Below, piece after piece: positions 1-8,222 of a stretch of 64,000 nt of DNA. The stretch is from NCBI GenBank assembly GCA_035292685.1, contig DATDPP010000079.1:170971-234970 (forward strand). Reading direction: 5' to 3'. Positions within the stretch are counted from its first letter, which is position 1. Every line of letters starts with the position of its first letter. Origin of the DNA: Acidimicrobiia bacterium (GTDB lineage: Bacteria > Actinomycetota > Acidimicrobiia > Spongiisociales > ZC4RG35). Below the pieces are notes generated by a model. It did no database searches, was not told where the DNA came from, and worked only from the letters and a program-made list of their open reading frames with translations. Position numbers and translations under genes: made by a program.

Positions 1-7
1 AGCCGCC

Positions 8-1474
8 ATGGCCCTGGTCGCCGGATCGATGGTCCTGCTGTTGGGCATGGCCGCCTTCGGAACCGACCTCGCCTGGTTCTATCTCAACGCGAGCCGGGTC
101 CAGCGCGCCGCCGATGCCGCGGCGCTCGGGGGTGTGGTGTGGATGCCAGGCAACCTGGGCACCGCCACCGGCACCGCCTTCGACATCGCACTGCGCAATG
201 GGTACGACGACGCGGACGCCGACGTCACAGTGACCCCGATCGACATTCCGGGCGCCCCCAACGAGTTGGAGGTCACCGTACGCGACATCGTCCCGACCTT
301 CTTCGCCCAGATCTTTGGCTTCGACACCATGGCCATCTCCCGCACCGCCCGGGCCGAGTACATCCCACCCTTGAAGCTGGGGAGCCCGACCAACAAGTTC
401 GGCAATGATCCCAGCTGTTACATATCCAACCCTGATTGCGCCGGGAACTTCTGGGCCAACATGCATGGGCGTAACACCGACACCCGAATGGGTGACGCCT
501 ACGCCTCCTTCTGTGCCGACGGGGGCGGTTCCACCAACGTTTGCGGAGCCAACCCCTCCTACCGGAGCACCGGCTATCTCTATGGCGTGATCCCCAACGG
601 GAACAGCTTCACCCTCCAGGTGCTGGACATGAACTTCCGCAACGAGTCGGGTGGAGTTGCCAATGGTGACCCCTGGCGCACCGGTGACCACAACAATTTC
701 TGCGGCGGTGGGGGTTGTGTAGGCCCAACCGTGACGGTGCGGGTCTACCTCCCCGACCCGACCCCGCTCGACCTCTCGGACAACACTCTTGTATGCGAGG
801 AGGTCTACGGCCCCCAGGCTCAAATCAACCCGGATAGCGACCCACCTTTCAACGGGGCCGGGGCCAACTGGAACTGGGACACAACTTGCAATGCCGGCAT
901 CAACACCAGCGCCAGCCCCAACGGGATCTGGGTGGTCCAGGTTGTCAACACCACGGCCACCAATGTCAATACCAGCGGGCTCAACCGCTACTCGATCCGA
1001 ACCAGCACCGGGAACCTGTTCGGGCTCGGCGACTTCTCCCTCTTCAACAACTCGACGGCAAGTACTTCAAACTTCTATCTGGCTGAAGTCCCCGACTTTT
1101 ACGCCGGGAAGACCTTTGTCGTCGAGCTCTACGACCCCGGTGACGTCGCCGGCGGAGCCAACGGCCAGATCCAACTGCGGACACCCTCCGGCAGCGTCCA
1201 AGCAAGCTGCGAGATGTTTGTCAGAAACGAGGTCACCGATCCTTGGGTCTCGAGAGGGATTCTGAGCCCCTGTCAGTTCAACGTTCAGAACAACGGTGGT
1301 GTCAACGACTACAACGGTGACTGGGTCAAACTGGAGTCCGTTCTCCCCGGACCCGGCTCCTACACCGGTGGGTGGTGGCGGATCACCTACAACTTCTCCG
1401 GTGGGGTCTCCGACACCACCACTTGGCGTGCCTACATGGTCGGCAACCCCATTCACCTGGTGCCTGTCCCCTAG
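8..1474 (+). CDS. TadG-like large protein, paralog 1. N-terminal TM helix plus a Flp pilus-assembly TadE/G-like (Tad) domain, then a Cys-rich C-terminal domain. Possibly 5'-partial: the reading frame is open to the window edge and the paralogs carry about 20 more N-terminal residues.
   Basis: N-terminus MVLLLGMAAFGTDLAWFYLNASRVQRAADAAALGGVV matches the TadE/G-like signature. It is paralogous to the ORFs at 2136..3635 and 6277..7686, sharing motifs including FYLAEV..AGK..EL(Y/F)DPGD and C-terminal TTWRAYMVGNPIHLVP. Confidence 0.6.
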   Translation: MALVAGSMVLLLGMAAFGTDLAWFYLNASRVQRAADAAALGGVVWMPGNLGTATGTAFDIALRNGYDDADADVTVTPIDIPGAPNELEVTVRDIVPTFFAQIFGFDTMAISRTARAEYIPPLKLGSPTNKFGNDPSCYISNPDCAGNFWANMHGRNTDTRMGDAYASFCADGGGSTNVCGANPSYRSTGYLYGVIPNGNSFTLQVLDMNFRNESGGVANGDPWRTGDHNNFCGGGGCVGPTVTVRVYLPDPTPLDLSDNTLVCEEVYGPQAQINPDSDPPFNGAGANWNWDTTCNAGINTSASPNGIWVVQVVNTTATNVNTSGLNRYSIRTSTGNLFGLGDFSLFNNSTASTSNFYLAEVPDFYAGKTFVVELYDPGDVAGGANGQIQLRTPSGSVQASCEMFVRNEVTDPWVSRGILSPCQFNVQNNGGVNDYNGDWVKLESVLPGPGSYTGGWWRITYNFSGGVSDTTTWRAYMVGNPIHLVPVP

Positions 1475-1513
1475 CGGCTTCGCATTGTCCGGCGGGCGTT
1501 TTCCTTCAAGAAA

Positions 1514-1557
1514 TCTGGCGAATCTGCCGACATTGACTCGGAGTCATTCGCCAGATG
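1514..1557 (+). promoter_or_regulatory. Nested hairpin in the TadG1-TadE1 intergenic region. A 10-bp stem TCTGGCGAAT/ATTCGCCAGA encloses an inner GACTCgGAGTC palindrome. The right arm overlaps the ATG of the downstream TadE-like gene at 1555.
   Basis: Inverted repeat read directly from the sequence at 1514-1523 and 1546-1555, with the inner palindrome at 1535-1545. Confidence 0.45.
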
Positions 1558-2139
1558 AAGCCCATCACATTCCAATCCCCAGCCAGTAGAAGCGGCACCG
1601 CCCGTCAGCGTGGGGCCGCCCTCATCGAGGCCGCCATCGTCTTCCCGATCTTGATCCTGATCATCATGGGGATCCTGGAGATCGGCCTCGCTTTCAAGGA
1701 CTACCTCACCGTTTCCTACATTTCACGTGAGGCAGCCCGGGTGGGTGCCCTGGCTGGAGACGACGCGGATGCCGATTGCGCCATCCTCGAGGGAATCGGC
1801 ACGGTGGCCACCGCAGGCGACCTGGCTCGCATCACATCGATACAGATCTTCAAGGCCGACATCAACGGAACTCAAGGCGTGACGAACTACGCCGTGTTCG
1901 ACGGGGGAGACCCGAGTCTTTGCAATGTCCCCGCCCAACCATCCGACACATGGACCATCAACCCGATTGGCTGGGTCGCCACCTCCCGTCAGACGGCAGT
2001 CGGCGACGACGCACTCGACATCATCGGGGTCAGAATCATTATGACCCATGACTGGGTCACCAACTTTGCGCCGTTCCGAGGCTCGATCACCATTGACGAG
2101 TCCACTATCACCCGTCTCGAGCCAAAGGTCTTCGAATGA
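1555..2139 (+). CDS. TadE-like pseudopilin (Flp-pilus minor pilin-like), subtype A.
   Basis: Prepilin-type leader with G^AALIE (Glu at +5) followed by a hydrophobic helix IVFPILILIIMGILEIGLAF. Its C-terminus (RLEPKVFE) resembles the ORF at 5735..6280. The stop overlaps the next start (ATGA at 2136-2139). Confidence 0.65.
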   Translation: MKPITFQSPASRSGTARQRGAALIEAAIVFPILILIIMGILEIGLAFKDYLTVSYISREAARVGALAGDDADADCAILEGIGTVATAGDLARITSIQIFKADINGTQGVTNYAVFDGGDPSLCNVPAQPSDTWTINPIGWVATSRQTAVGDDALDIIGVRIIMTHDWVTNFAPFRGSITIDESTITRLEPKVFE

Positions 2140-3635
2140 AATATGCGATTCTGGAACGATTCACCCGACGCACCGATGGCGAGGATCGGGGCATGGCGCT
2201 GCCGCTCGTCGCCTGCATGATCGTCGTTCTGCTCGGCGTGTCCGCCTTCGCCGTCGATCTGGGATGGCTTTATCTCAACGGGGCTCGCCTCCAGCGCGGG
2301 GCCGACTCATCGGCTCTGGCCGGTGTGGTCTTCCTTCCCGGGGACACCGACGGTGTGGACGACAACACACTGGGCGCTGCCAACGCCAATGGCTATGACA
2401 TCGGGGACATCAACGGCACCCCGGTGGTTGGAGGGGGGCCCGACGATCTCGACTGGCGCCAACTCGCGGACAACAAGCTCGAAGTGACCCTGGCTACCCA
2501 GATCCCGACCTTCTTCGTGAAGCTGTTCGGATTCGACTCGTTCGACATAACCAGGGTGGCCACCGCCGAGTACGTGAAACCGGTTCCGATCGGCAGCCCC
2601 GATCCCTGTTTCGGAGTCGGCATCACCAGTATTCAGAGCGGTGACTGCAACCCGGCCACCGCCCAACGATTCTGGGCAGCCGTCTCGGGCCCCTATACCA
2701 ACAAGTGGAACGGTGACGCCCACTCGACGCTGTACTGGGACGACGACGGCACCTGGAACCAGGAGTCGACCAACACCGAGTACCGCTCCGACGGCTACTA
2801 CCTGGCGATAGACGTCCCATCCGGTGTGTCCGGCCTCACAGTCCGCGTCTACGACGCCGGCTTCTACAACCGTGCCAGCTTCGACACCGAGACCGGCGAT
2901 CGCACCCAGGACACCGGTGGCGGGGCCGACACCCATTTCCAGATGTACCTCTTCGACGACACCCCGCTCGACCCCACCAACAACACACCGATCAGCGGAT
3001 GTTCGACTGGGAGCGGCACCTTCAACATCGCCGCCGAGGCCTCGTCGGGCACCTACAAGAACAGATGGGTCACGCTCTGTACCCTGTCAGGCGCTGTTGC
3101 CCCCGGGATCTATGTGGTCCGGGTCTGGACAGACGGCAATGACGGTGGCACCAACCAGTTTGCGGTTCGAGCCAACACCTCCAGCGCGGCAAACGCACGG
3201 GTTTACGGGATCAACGACATCTCGATCTTCACCAACCAGTCGGGCCTCACGACATTGCACGTTGCCGAAGTCGCCCAAGTGCATGCGGGCAAGACCCTCG
3301 AACTCCAGTTCTACGACCCTGGCGAGGACGACCAGGACGCCTTCATGACGGTCAAGAACCCCAGCGGAAGCACCGCCACCTGCGATTGGGTGGCCAAGAA
3401 CGAGGCAGGCACGGTGGTCGACTCCGGTTCAGGGAGTTGCAGCCTCCAGACATCGGACGGCAATGCCTTGTTCAACGGGCTTTGGGTGACCGCCCAGGTT
3501 GACATTCCCGACAGTTACACCTGCACCACCAACTGCTGGTGGAAGATGGAGATCGACAACTCCCAGCCCCATGACCGCACCACCTGGGCGGCGCGGATCA
3601 TCGGCAACCCCGTCCGATTGGTTCCCAACGAATGA
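2136..3635 (+). CDS. TadG-like large protein, paralog 2.
   Basis: AFAVDLGWLYLNGARLQRGADSSALAGVV TadE/G-like N-domain. Shared C-domain motifs WVTLCTL, RVYGINDISIF, HAGKTLELQFYDPGE, CWWKMEID and TTWAARIIGNPVRLVP. Confidence 0.6.
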   Translation: MKYAILERFTRRTDGEDRGMALPLVACMIVVLLGVSAFAVDLGWLYLNGARLQRGADSSALAGVVFLPGDTDGVDDNTLGAANANGYDIGDINGTPVVGGGPDDLDWRQLADNKLEVTLATQIPTFFVKLFGFDSFDITRVATAEYVKPVPIGSPDPCFGVGITSIQSGDCNPATAQRFWAAVSGPYTNKWNGDAHSTLYWDDDGTWNQESTNTEYRSDGYYLAIDVPSGVSGLTVRVYDAGFYNRASFDTETGDRTQDTGGGADTHFQMYLFDDTPLDPTNNTPISGCSTGSGTFNIAAEASSGTYKNRWVTLCTLSGAVAPGIYVVRVWTDGNDGGTNQFAVRANTSSAANARVYGINDISIFTNQSGLTTLHVAEVAQVHAGKTLELQFYDPGEDDQDAFMTVKNPSGSTATCDWVAKNEAGTVVDSGSGSCSLQTSDGNALFNGLWVTAQVDIPDSYTCTTNCWWKMEIDNSQPHDRTTWAARIIGNPVRLVPNE

Positions 3636-4204
3636 GCGCCGGCCGCCGACCTTGTCGAAACGGAAACGAGAAGGGCGCCACCCTGATCGAGTTTTCCCTC
3701 ATCTTCGCCTTCTTGATGATGATCGCCCTTGGCGCCTACGAGTACGGAATGGCCTTCCGTGACTGGCTCTCGGTGACAGTTGCCACCCGGGAAGGCGGCC
3801 GGGTCGCGGCATCAGCGGCCAACTTCGGCGAGGCCGACTGCGTGATCCTCGAAGCTGCCACCGGTGCCCTCCAGTCGTTGCAAACCGGTGAGGTCGAATT
3901 CGTTCACATCTACAAGTCCGACATCAATGGTTCCTACCCAGGGTCCAACAGCTTCACGCGGATCTATCGGCCCTCGACTCCGGCCGACCTCGACCTGGTC
4001 GTGTGTGATGGCTCGACCTGGTTTGCCACCAACCTCGGCAGCAACTGGGACCCGGACGACAGGGTGAACGCCACGGGGGCAGCGGACTGGATCGGGGTTC
4101 GGGTCGAGTTCGAGCACCAATGGCAGACCAATTTCCTGTGGTGGAACGGATCGGTCGACTGGGACGATGACGCGGTGTTCCGGATGGAGCCACCGGCGCC
4201 ATAG
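3632..4204 (+). CDS. TadE-like pseudopilin, subtype B.
   Basis: Leader KG^ATLIEFSLIFAFLMMIALGAYEYG (Glu +5). C-terminal FLWWNGSVDWDDDAVFRMEP matches the ORF at 7683..8213. ATGA overlap with the upstream gene. Confidence 0.65.
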   Translation: MSAGRRPCRNGNEKGATLIEFSLIFAFLMMIALGAYEYGMAFRDWLSVTVATREGGRVAASAANFGEADCVILEAATGALQSLQTGEVEFVHIYKSDINGSYPGSNSFTRIYRPSTPADLDLVVCDGSTWFATNLGSNWDPDDRVNATGAADWIGVRVEFEHQWQTNFLWWNGSVDWDDDAVFRMEPPAP

Positions 4205-4248
4205 ACCGGGATCGGTCTCCTTCCGCCAGGCTCCCTAGCCTGTAGCAA

Positions 4249-5100
4249 ATGCTTTCTCCTCCTGAATACATGCCCGCGTTGATCACGCCTTTCACCCGAA
4301 GTGGTGAGGTCGATACCAGGGCCCACACCCACAACCTACGGGTCCTCGCCGAAAAGGGAATCGAGGGTTTCGTGATCGGCGGTTCCAACGGTGAGGGCCC
4401 CTATCTCGAGCCCGGCGAGCGCAGCAGCCTGGTCAAGACCGGTCGGCGTCGCAAAGCCCATTTCATGGTGGGGATCGCGGCCGAGTCGACAAGGGTGGCT
4501 GTTCGCCAGATACAGGAAGCAGCCGACGCGGTGGCCGACAGCGTGCTGGTGATGACCCCCACCACCCTGGCTCGGGGGCGCGACGAGGCGATTCTCCGCT
4601 TCTATCGGACCATCGCCGACATGTCACCGCTGCCTGTGTTCATCTACTCGGTGCCGAGTGTCACCAGCTACAACCTGCCCATCGAGCTGGTGTGGCGTCT
4701 CTCCCGGCATGACAACGTCATCGGGATGAAGGACTCCAGTGGTGACGTGGTGCGACTTCAAGCCATCATCGACGCCACCCCACCCGGCTTCCTCCTCTAC
4801 TCGGGGTCGTCACAAGCGTTGACTGCGGCCATGGCCGTGGGCTGTCATGGCGCGATCACCGGATCCGGGAACTATGTGCCTGCCCTCGTGCTGCAGACGC
4901 TGGAGGCAGCCAGGCAAAGCCCGGAGATGGCCCGAAGGCTGCAGAAACGACTCAGCTCGGTGAGCGCCGAAGTCGATGCCCACGGGATCCCGGGGGTGAA
5001 GGCGGCGGCCAAGGCAGCCGGTCTCGATCCCGGGTATCCGCGCGAACCCCTGACCCGGCTCTCCCGGGGCGCGGAAACCTCCATCGCCAAGCTGATCTGA
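4249..5100 (+). CDS. Dihydrodipicolinate synthase (DapA/NAL) family protein.
   Basis: MPALITPFTRSGEVD...GFVIGGSNGEGPYL...IGMKDSSGD (Schiff-base Lys context) is typical of the DapA family. The start could instead be the internal Met at 4270. Confidence 0.7.
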   Translation: MLSPPEYMPALITPFTRSGEVDTRAHTHNLRVLAEKGIEGFVIGGSNGEGPYLEPGERSSLVKTGRRRKAHFMVGIAAESTRVAVRQIQEAADAVADSVLVMTPTTLARGRDEAILRFYRTIADMSPLPVFIYSVPSVTSYNLPIELVWRLSRHDNVIGMKDSSGDVVRLQAIIDATPPGFLLYSGSSQALTAAMAVGCHGAITGSGNYVPALVLQTLEAARQSPEMARRLQKRLSSVSAEVDAHGIPGVKAAAKAAGLDPGYPREPLTRLSRGAETSIAKLI

Positions 5101-5117
5101 CCCAACCCGCGTTCCTA

Positions 5118-5151
5118 ATGCATCGCGTCACGCATCCGTGACGCGATGCAT
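5118..5151. terminator. Perfect 15-bp inverted repeat ATGCATCGCGTCACG / CGTGACGCGATGCAT with a 4-nt loop, downstream of the DapA-like gene. Read as a rho-independent-type hairpin with no U-tract, or alternatively a palindromic operator.
   Basis: Read directly from the sequence. Confidence 0.5.
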
Positions 5152-5234
5152 CCAGTACAGCCGCGATGCAGGCGAGCGTGCTCTGCACGGCTAGTACCAT
5201 CTGCCGTTCTACCGATCATCAAGGAGAGAACGCC

Positions 5235-5618
5235 TTGTCCAAGTTTCTCAGCGAAGAGTGGACCGCGGAGGTGACCACCGCCCTCGACCAGCACCCGGGT
5301 TTCCGGAACGCCATCGGATCCGCCGACCTCAGCATCCAGTTCGTCGTCAGCGACACCCCCGACGGCGAGGCCGGGTACTACCTGAGGTCCAGCGGTGGCA
5401 TTCCCACCTTGGCGATCGGGACTCTCGAGGGCGCCGATGTCACGGTCAGACAGAGTTATGACACCGCGACCGCAATCTCCAAGGGCGAGTTGAACACCCA
5501 GACCGCATTCATGACCGGCAAGGTCAAGGTCTCAGGGAACCTCGCCAAGCTGATGATGCACCAGTCGGCAATCCAGCAATGGAATGCGGCAACAGCCGAC
5601 CTCGAAATCGACTACTGA
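5235..5618 (+). CDS. SCP2 sterol-carrier-like domain protein.
   Basis: SKFLSEEWTAEVTTALDQHPGFRNAIGSADLSIQFVV...TAFMTGKVKVSGNLAKLMMH is typical of SCP-2. A probable TTG start at 5235 is assumed; the tracked ORF begins at 5166. Confidence 0.6.
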   Translation: MSKFLSEEWTAEVTTALDQHPGFRNAIGSADLSIQFVVSDTPDGEAGYYLRSSGGIPTLAIGTLEGADVTVRQSYDTATAISKGELNTQTAFMTGKVKVSGNLAKLMMHQSAIQQWNAATADLEIDY

Positions 5619-5734
5619 TCACCGACTAGTCATTTCACGTAAATAACAGGGGGACTCTGGTTACCGACCTCCGTGGGTCGGATAATGTTGCGACGCTGAA
5701 GCAGGCGCGCCGCCGTGTCACGTCAGGGGCTGAA

Positions 5735-6280
5735 ATGGGCAAGGGAGAAAAGAACCGGGGTGCGACCATGGTCGAGGCCGCCATGATCTTCCCTTTGATG
5801 ATCTTGCTCACGGTGAGCATCCTCGAACTGGGGATGGCGTTCAAGGACTTCCTCACTGTCTCCTTCACTGCCCGCGACGCAGCGCGCGTCGGGTCGCTCG
5901 CCGGGAACGACCCGGAGGCGGATTGCGACATCATCCAGAGTGTGGTCGCCGCCTTCGGCCCAACCGATCTCGCCGGAGTGGACATCCTCATCTTCAAGGC
6001 CAACGAAGCGACGGGGAACCCGGTCGTGGGCCAGGTCAACACCTGGACATTGAGGCCCTCGGGTGACCCCACCACCTGTCTTCCCCTCGATTGGTCGATC
6101 ACCGAGAATTGGCCGAGCACGACCCGTCAGGTGAATGTCGGCCCCACTACCAAGCTGGACATACTCGGTGTGACCATCGAGACCACCCACCAGTGGATCA
6201 CCGGTCTGCCGCCTTGGCGGGGAACCATCAACGTGGATAGGACTGCCTTGCAAAGGATCGAGCCGGAGGCCTTCGAATGA
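5735..6280 (+). CDS. TadE-like pseudopilin, subtype A.
   Basis: Leader NRG^ATMVEAAMIFPLMILL. High similarity to the ORF at 1555..2139 (AFKD(Y/F)LTVS, ADC, IFKA, HQWITG, C-terminal RIEPEAFE). Stop overlaps the next start (ATGA at 6277-6280). Confidence 0.65.
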   Translation: MGKGEKNRGATMVEAAMIFPLMILLTVSILELGMAFKDFLTVSFTARDAARVGSLAGNDPEADCDIIQSVVAAFGPTDLAGVDILIFKANEATGNPVVGQVNTWTLRPSGDPTTCLPLDWSITENWPSTTRQVNVGPTTKLDILGVTIETTHQWITGLPPWRGTINVDRTALQRIEPEAFE

Positions 6281-7686
6281 AACGACACCGGCGGGAAGAG
6301 GGCATCGCCTTGGTCTGGCTGGCTATCACCCTCGTCCTCTTGATCGGGATGGCCGGGTTTGGCGTCGACCTCGGGTGGATCTATCTCAACACCAGTCGAG
6401 CCCAGAAGGCAGTCGATTCCGCCGCCCTAGCCGGGGTCGTCAATCTCCCGGGATTCATCGCCCAGGCAGAAATCGACGCCGAGGACGCCACCCAGGCCAA
6501 TGGCTTCGACCCGGACGGTCTGACCGTCACCCCACTGGCCGACAACAAGCTGCACGCAGAGTTGCGTATCCAGGTCGAGCCCTTCTTCCTCAGTGTGCTC
6601 GGTTTCGACCATTTCAACATCACCAGGGAGGCCACCGCCGAGTACATCAAACCGGTGCCCTTGGGGAATCCAAACAACTGTTTTGGCTGCCCGGGTGTCG
6701 GCGACTCCTGGGCGGCCATCTCCTCCCAGTTCATCCACAAAGAGCACGGGGATCCCTATTCCACCCAATGCCGGGTGCCGTCGAGCCCTTCATCCTGCTC
6801 GTCGGGCAACAGTGACTACAACCGCGGCGGCGCCTATGCCGGGTACTACTACGGGATCGAGGTCTTTGGCACGTCGCAAGATCTGACCGTCGAACTCTTC
6901 GATCCCAGGTTCAATCGACGCCCTCAGGACGAGGGAACGGGCGATTTCGCCTTCAGCGGCAGCCCAGGCCCAATCACCACCTACTCGCTGCACATGGTGG
7001 ACATAACCCCGCTCAACCCCATCGACAACCCGGCGATTCCTGGATGCTCCATGACTCTCGATCCCGACACCACACCCACATTCCAGGACCAATGGGTCAC
7101 GCTTTGCACTCTTGGCGGGTCTCTCACTCCAGGAATCTATGTCCTCCATGTCACCAACACCGGCACCGGGATTGCCAGCAACCACTATTCGGTGCAGGCC
7201 AACGTCGCAAGCGGCACCACCCCCCGGGTCTACGGCATCAACGACATGTCGATCTGGTCGAATGATCTGGTCCAGAACAGCCAGCTCTACATCGCCGAGA
7301 TCGAGGCGATCCATGCCGGGAAGAAACTCGAGCTTCAGTTCTACGACCCCGGCGATGCCAACGCCAACTCCTTCATGACCCTGCTCTCACCCAACGGGCC
7401 CGTCAACTGCAGCTGGACGGTCTGGAACCACAACCTCACCGCCCAGAGCCAGCCTCCCGGCTCCGGCGCCTGCACCTGGCAGACCACCAACACGTCGCGG
7501 CCTGGGGATCGACGGGTCTACAACGAGCAATGGATCGTGGCAACGATCGATCTCCCGGACGATCCCGCCGACATGTGCAACGGCTCCGACTGTTTCTGGA
7601 AGATGGAGCTCGACTTGAGCGACCCCACCGAGCGCACCACCTGGCGGGCCCGGGTCATCGGCAACCCGGTGCGTCTGATTCCATGA
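6277..7686 (+). CDS. TadG-like large protein, paralog 3.
   Basis: GFGVDLGWIYLNTSRAQKAVDSAALAGVV N-domain. C-domain motifs WVTLCTL, RVYGINDMSIW, HAGKKLELQFYDPGD, CFWKMELD and TTWRARVIGNPVRLIP. Confidence 0.6.
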   Translation: MKRHRREEGIALVWLAITLVLLIGMAGFGVDLGWIYLNTSRAQKAVDSAALAGVVNLPGFIAQAEIDAEDATQANGFDPDGLTVTPLADNKLHAELRIQVEPFFLSVLGFDHFNITREATAEYIKPVPLGNPNNCFGCPGVGDSWAAISSQFIHKEHGDPYSTQCRVPSSPSSCSSGNSDYNRGGAYAGYYYGIEVFGTSQDLTVELFDPRFNRRPQDEGTGDFAFSGSPGPITTYSLHMVDITPLNPIDNPAIPGCSMTLDPDTTPTFQDQWVTLCTLGGSLTPGIYVLHVTNTGTGIASNHYSVQANVASGTTPRVYGINDMSIWSNDLVQNSQLYIAEIEAIHAGKKLELQFYDPGDANANSFMTLLSPNGPVNCSWTVWNHNLTAQSQPPGSGACTWQTTNTSRPGDRRVYNEQWIVATIDLPDDPADMCNGSDCFWKMELDLSDPTERTTWRARVIGNPVRLIP

Positions 7687-8213
7687 ACAGGGATCGGGGC
7701 ACCGCAGCGATCGAATTCGCCTTTGCCATCATGGTCCTGCTGCTGCTGGCCATCGGCGCTTACGAATGGGGAACCGGGTTCTCCGACCGGATATCGATGT
7801 CATCTGCGGTGAGGGAAGGGGGGCGGGTAGGAAGCGCGGCTGGGGACAATCCCGATGCCGATTGTCGGATCATCGAAGCCTCCGCCGGAGCGCTCAACGG
7901 GGTCTCGGGGAACTCGGTCAAACAGCTTTGGGTCTACGAATCAGACTCCGGTGGGACCGTGGGTCTCAACCGCCAGATCTATCGACCCGCTCAAGCCGCC
8001 GAGCCGGGGCTGACCTGCACCGGCGGAAGGTGGTTCTTGGTGGCCAACGGGTGGCCCTATAGCGTCCGGGAGAATCTGAGTGCGAACCGGGACTGGCTCG
8101 GGGTCAAGGTGATCGTCGATCACGAGTGGAGAACCGGGTTTCTCTGGTGGAACGGCACAGTGGAATGGGAGGAGGACGCCGTCTTCCATCTCGAACCCGG
8201 GGTCGTCAGCTAA
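7683..8213 (+). CDS. TadE-like pseudopilin, subtype B.
   Basis: Leader DRG^TAAIEFAFAIMVLLLLAIGAYEWG. C-terminal FLWWNGTVEWEEDAVFHLEP. ATGA overlap with the upstream gene. Confidence 0.65.
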   Translation: MNRDRGTAAIEFAFAIMVLLLLAIGAYEWGTGFSDRISMSSAVREGGRVGSAAGDNPDADCRIIEASAGALNGVSGNSVKQLWVYESDSGGTVGLNRQIYRPAQAAEPGLTCTGGRWFLVANGWPYSVRENLSANRDWLGVKVIVDHEWRTGFLWWNGTVEWEEDAVFHLEPGVVS

Positions 8214-8222
8214 CCGGAGAGC

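Noticed and set aside
8-7686. Considered calling the large TadG-like proteins von Willebrand A-domain TadG proteins.
   Set aside because: No MIDAS DxSxS/T...D motif and no Rossmann-like pattern are visible. The C-domain is Cys-rich and of unknown type.
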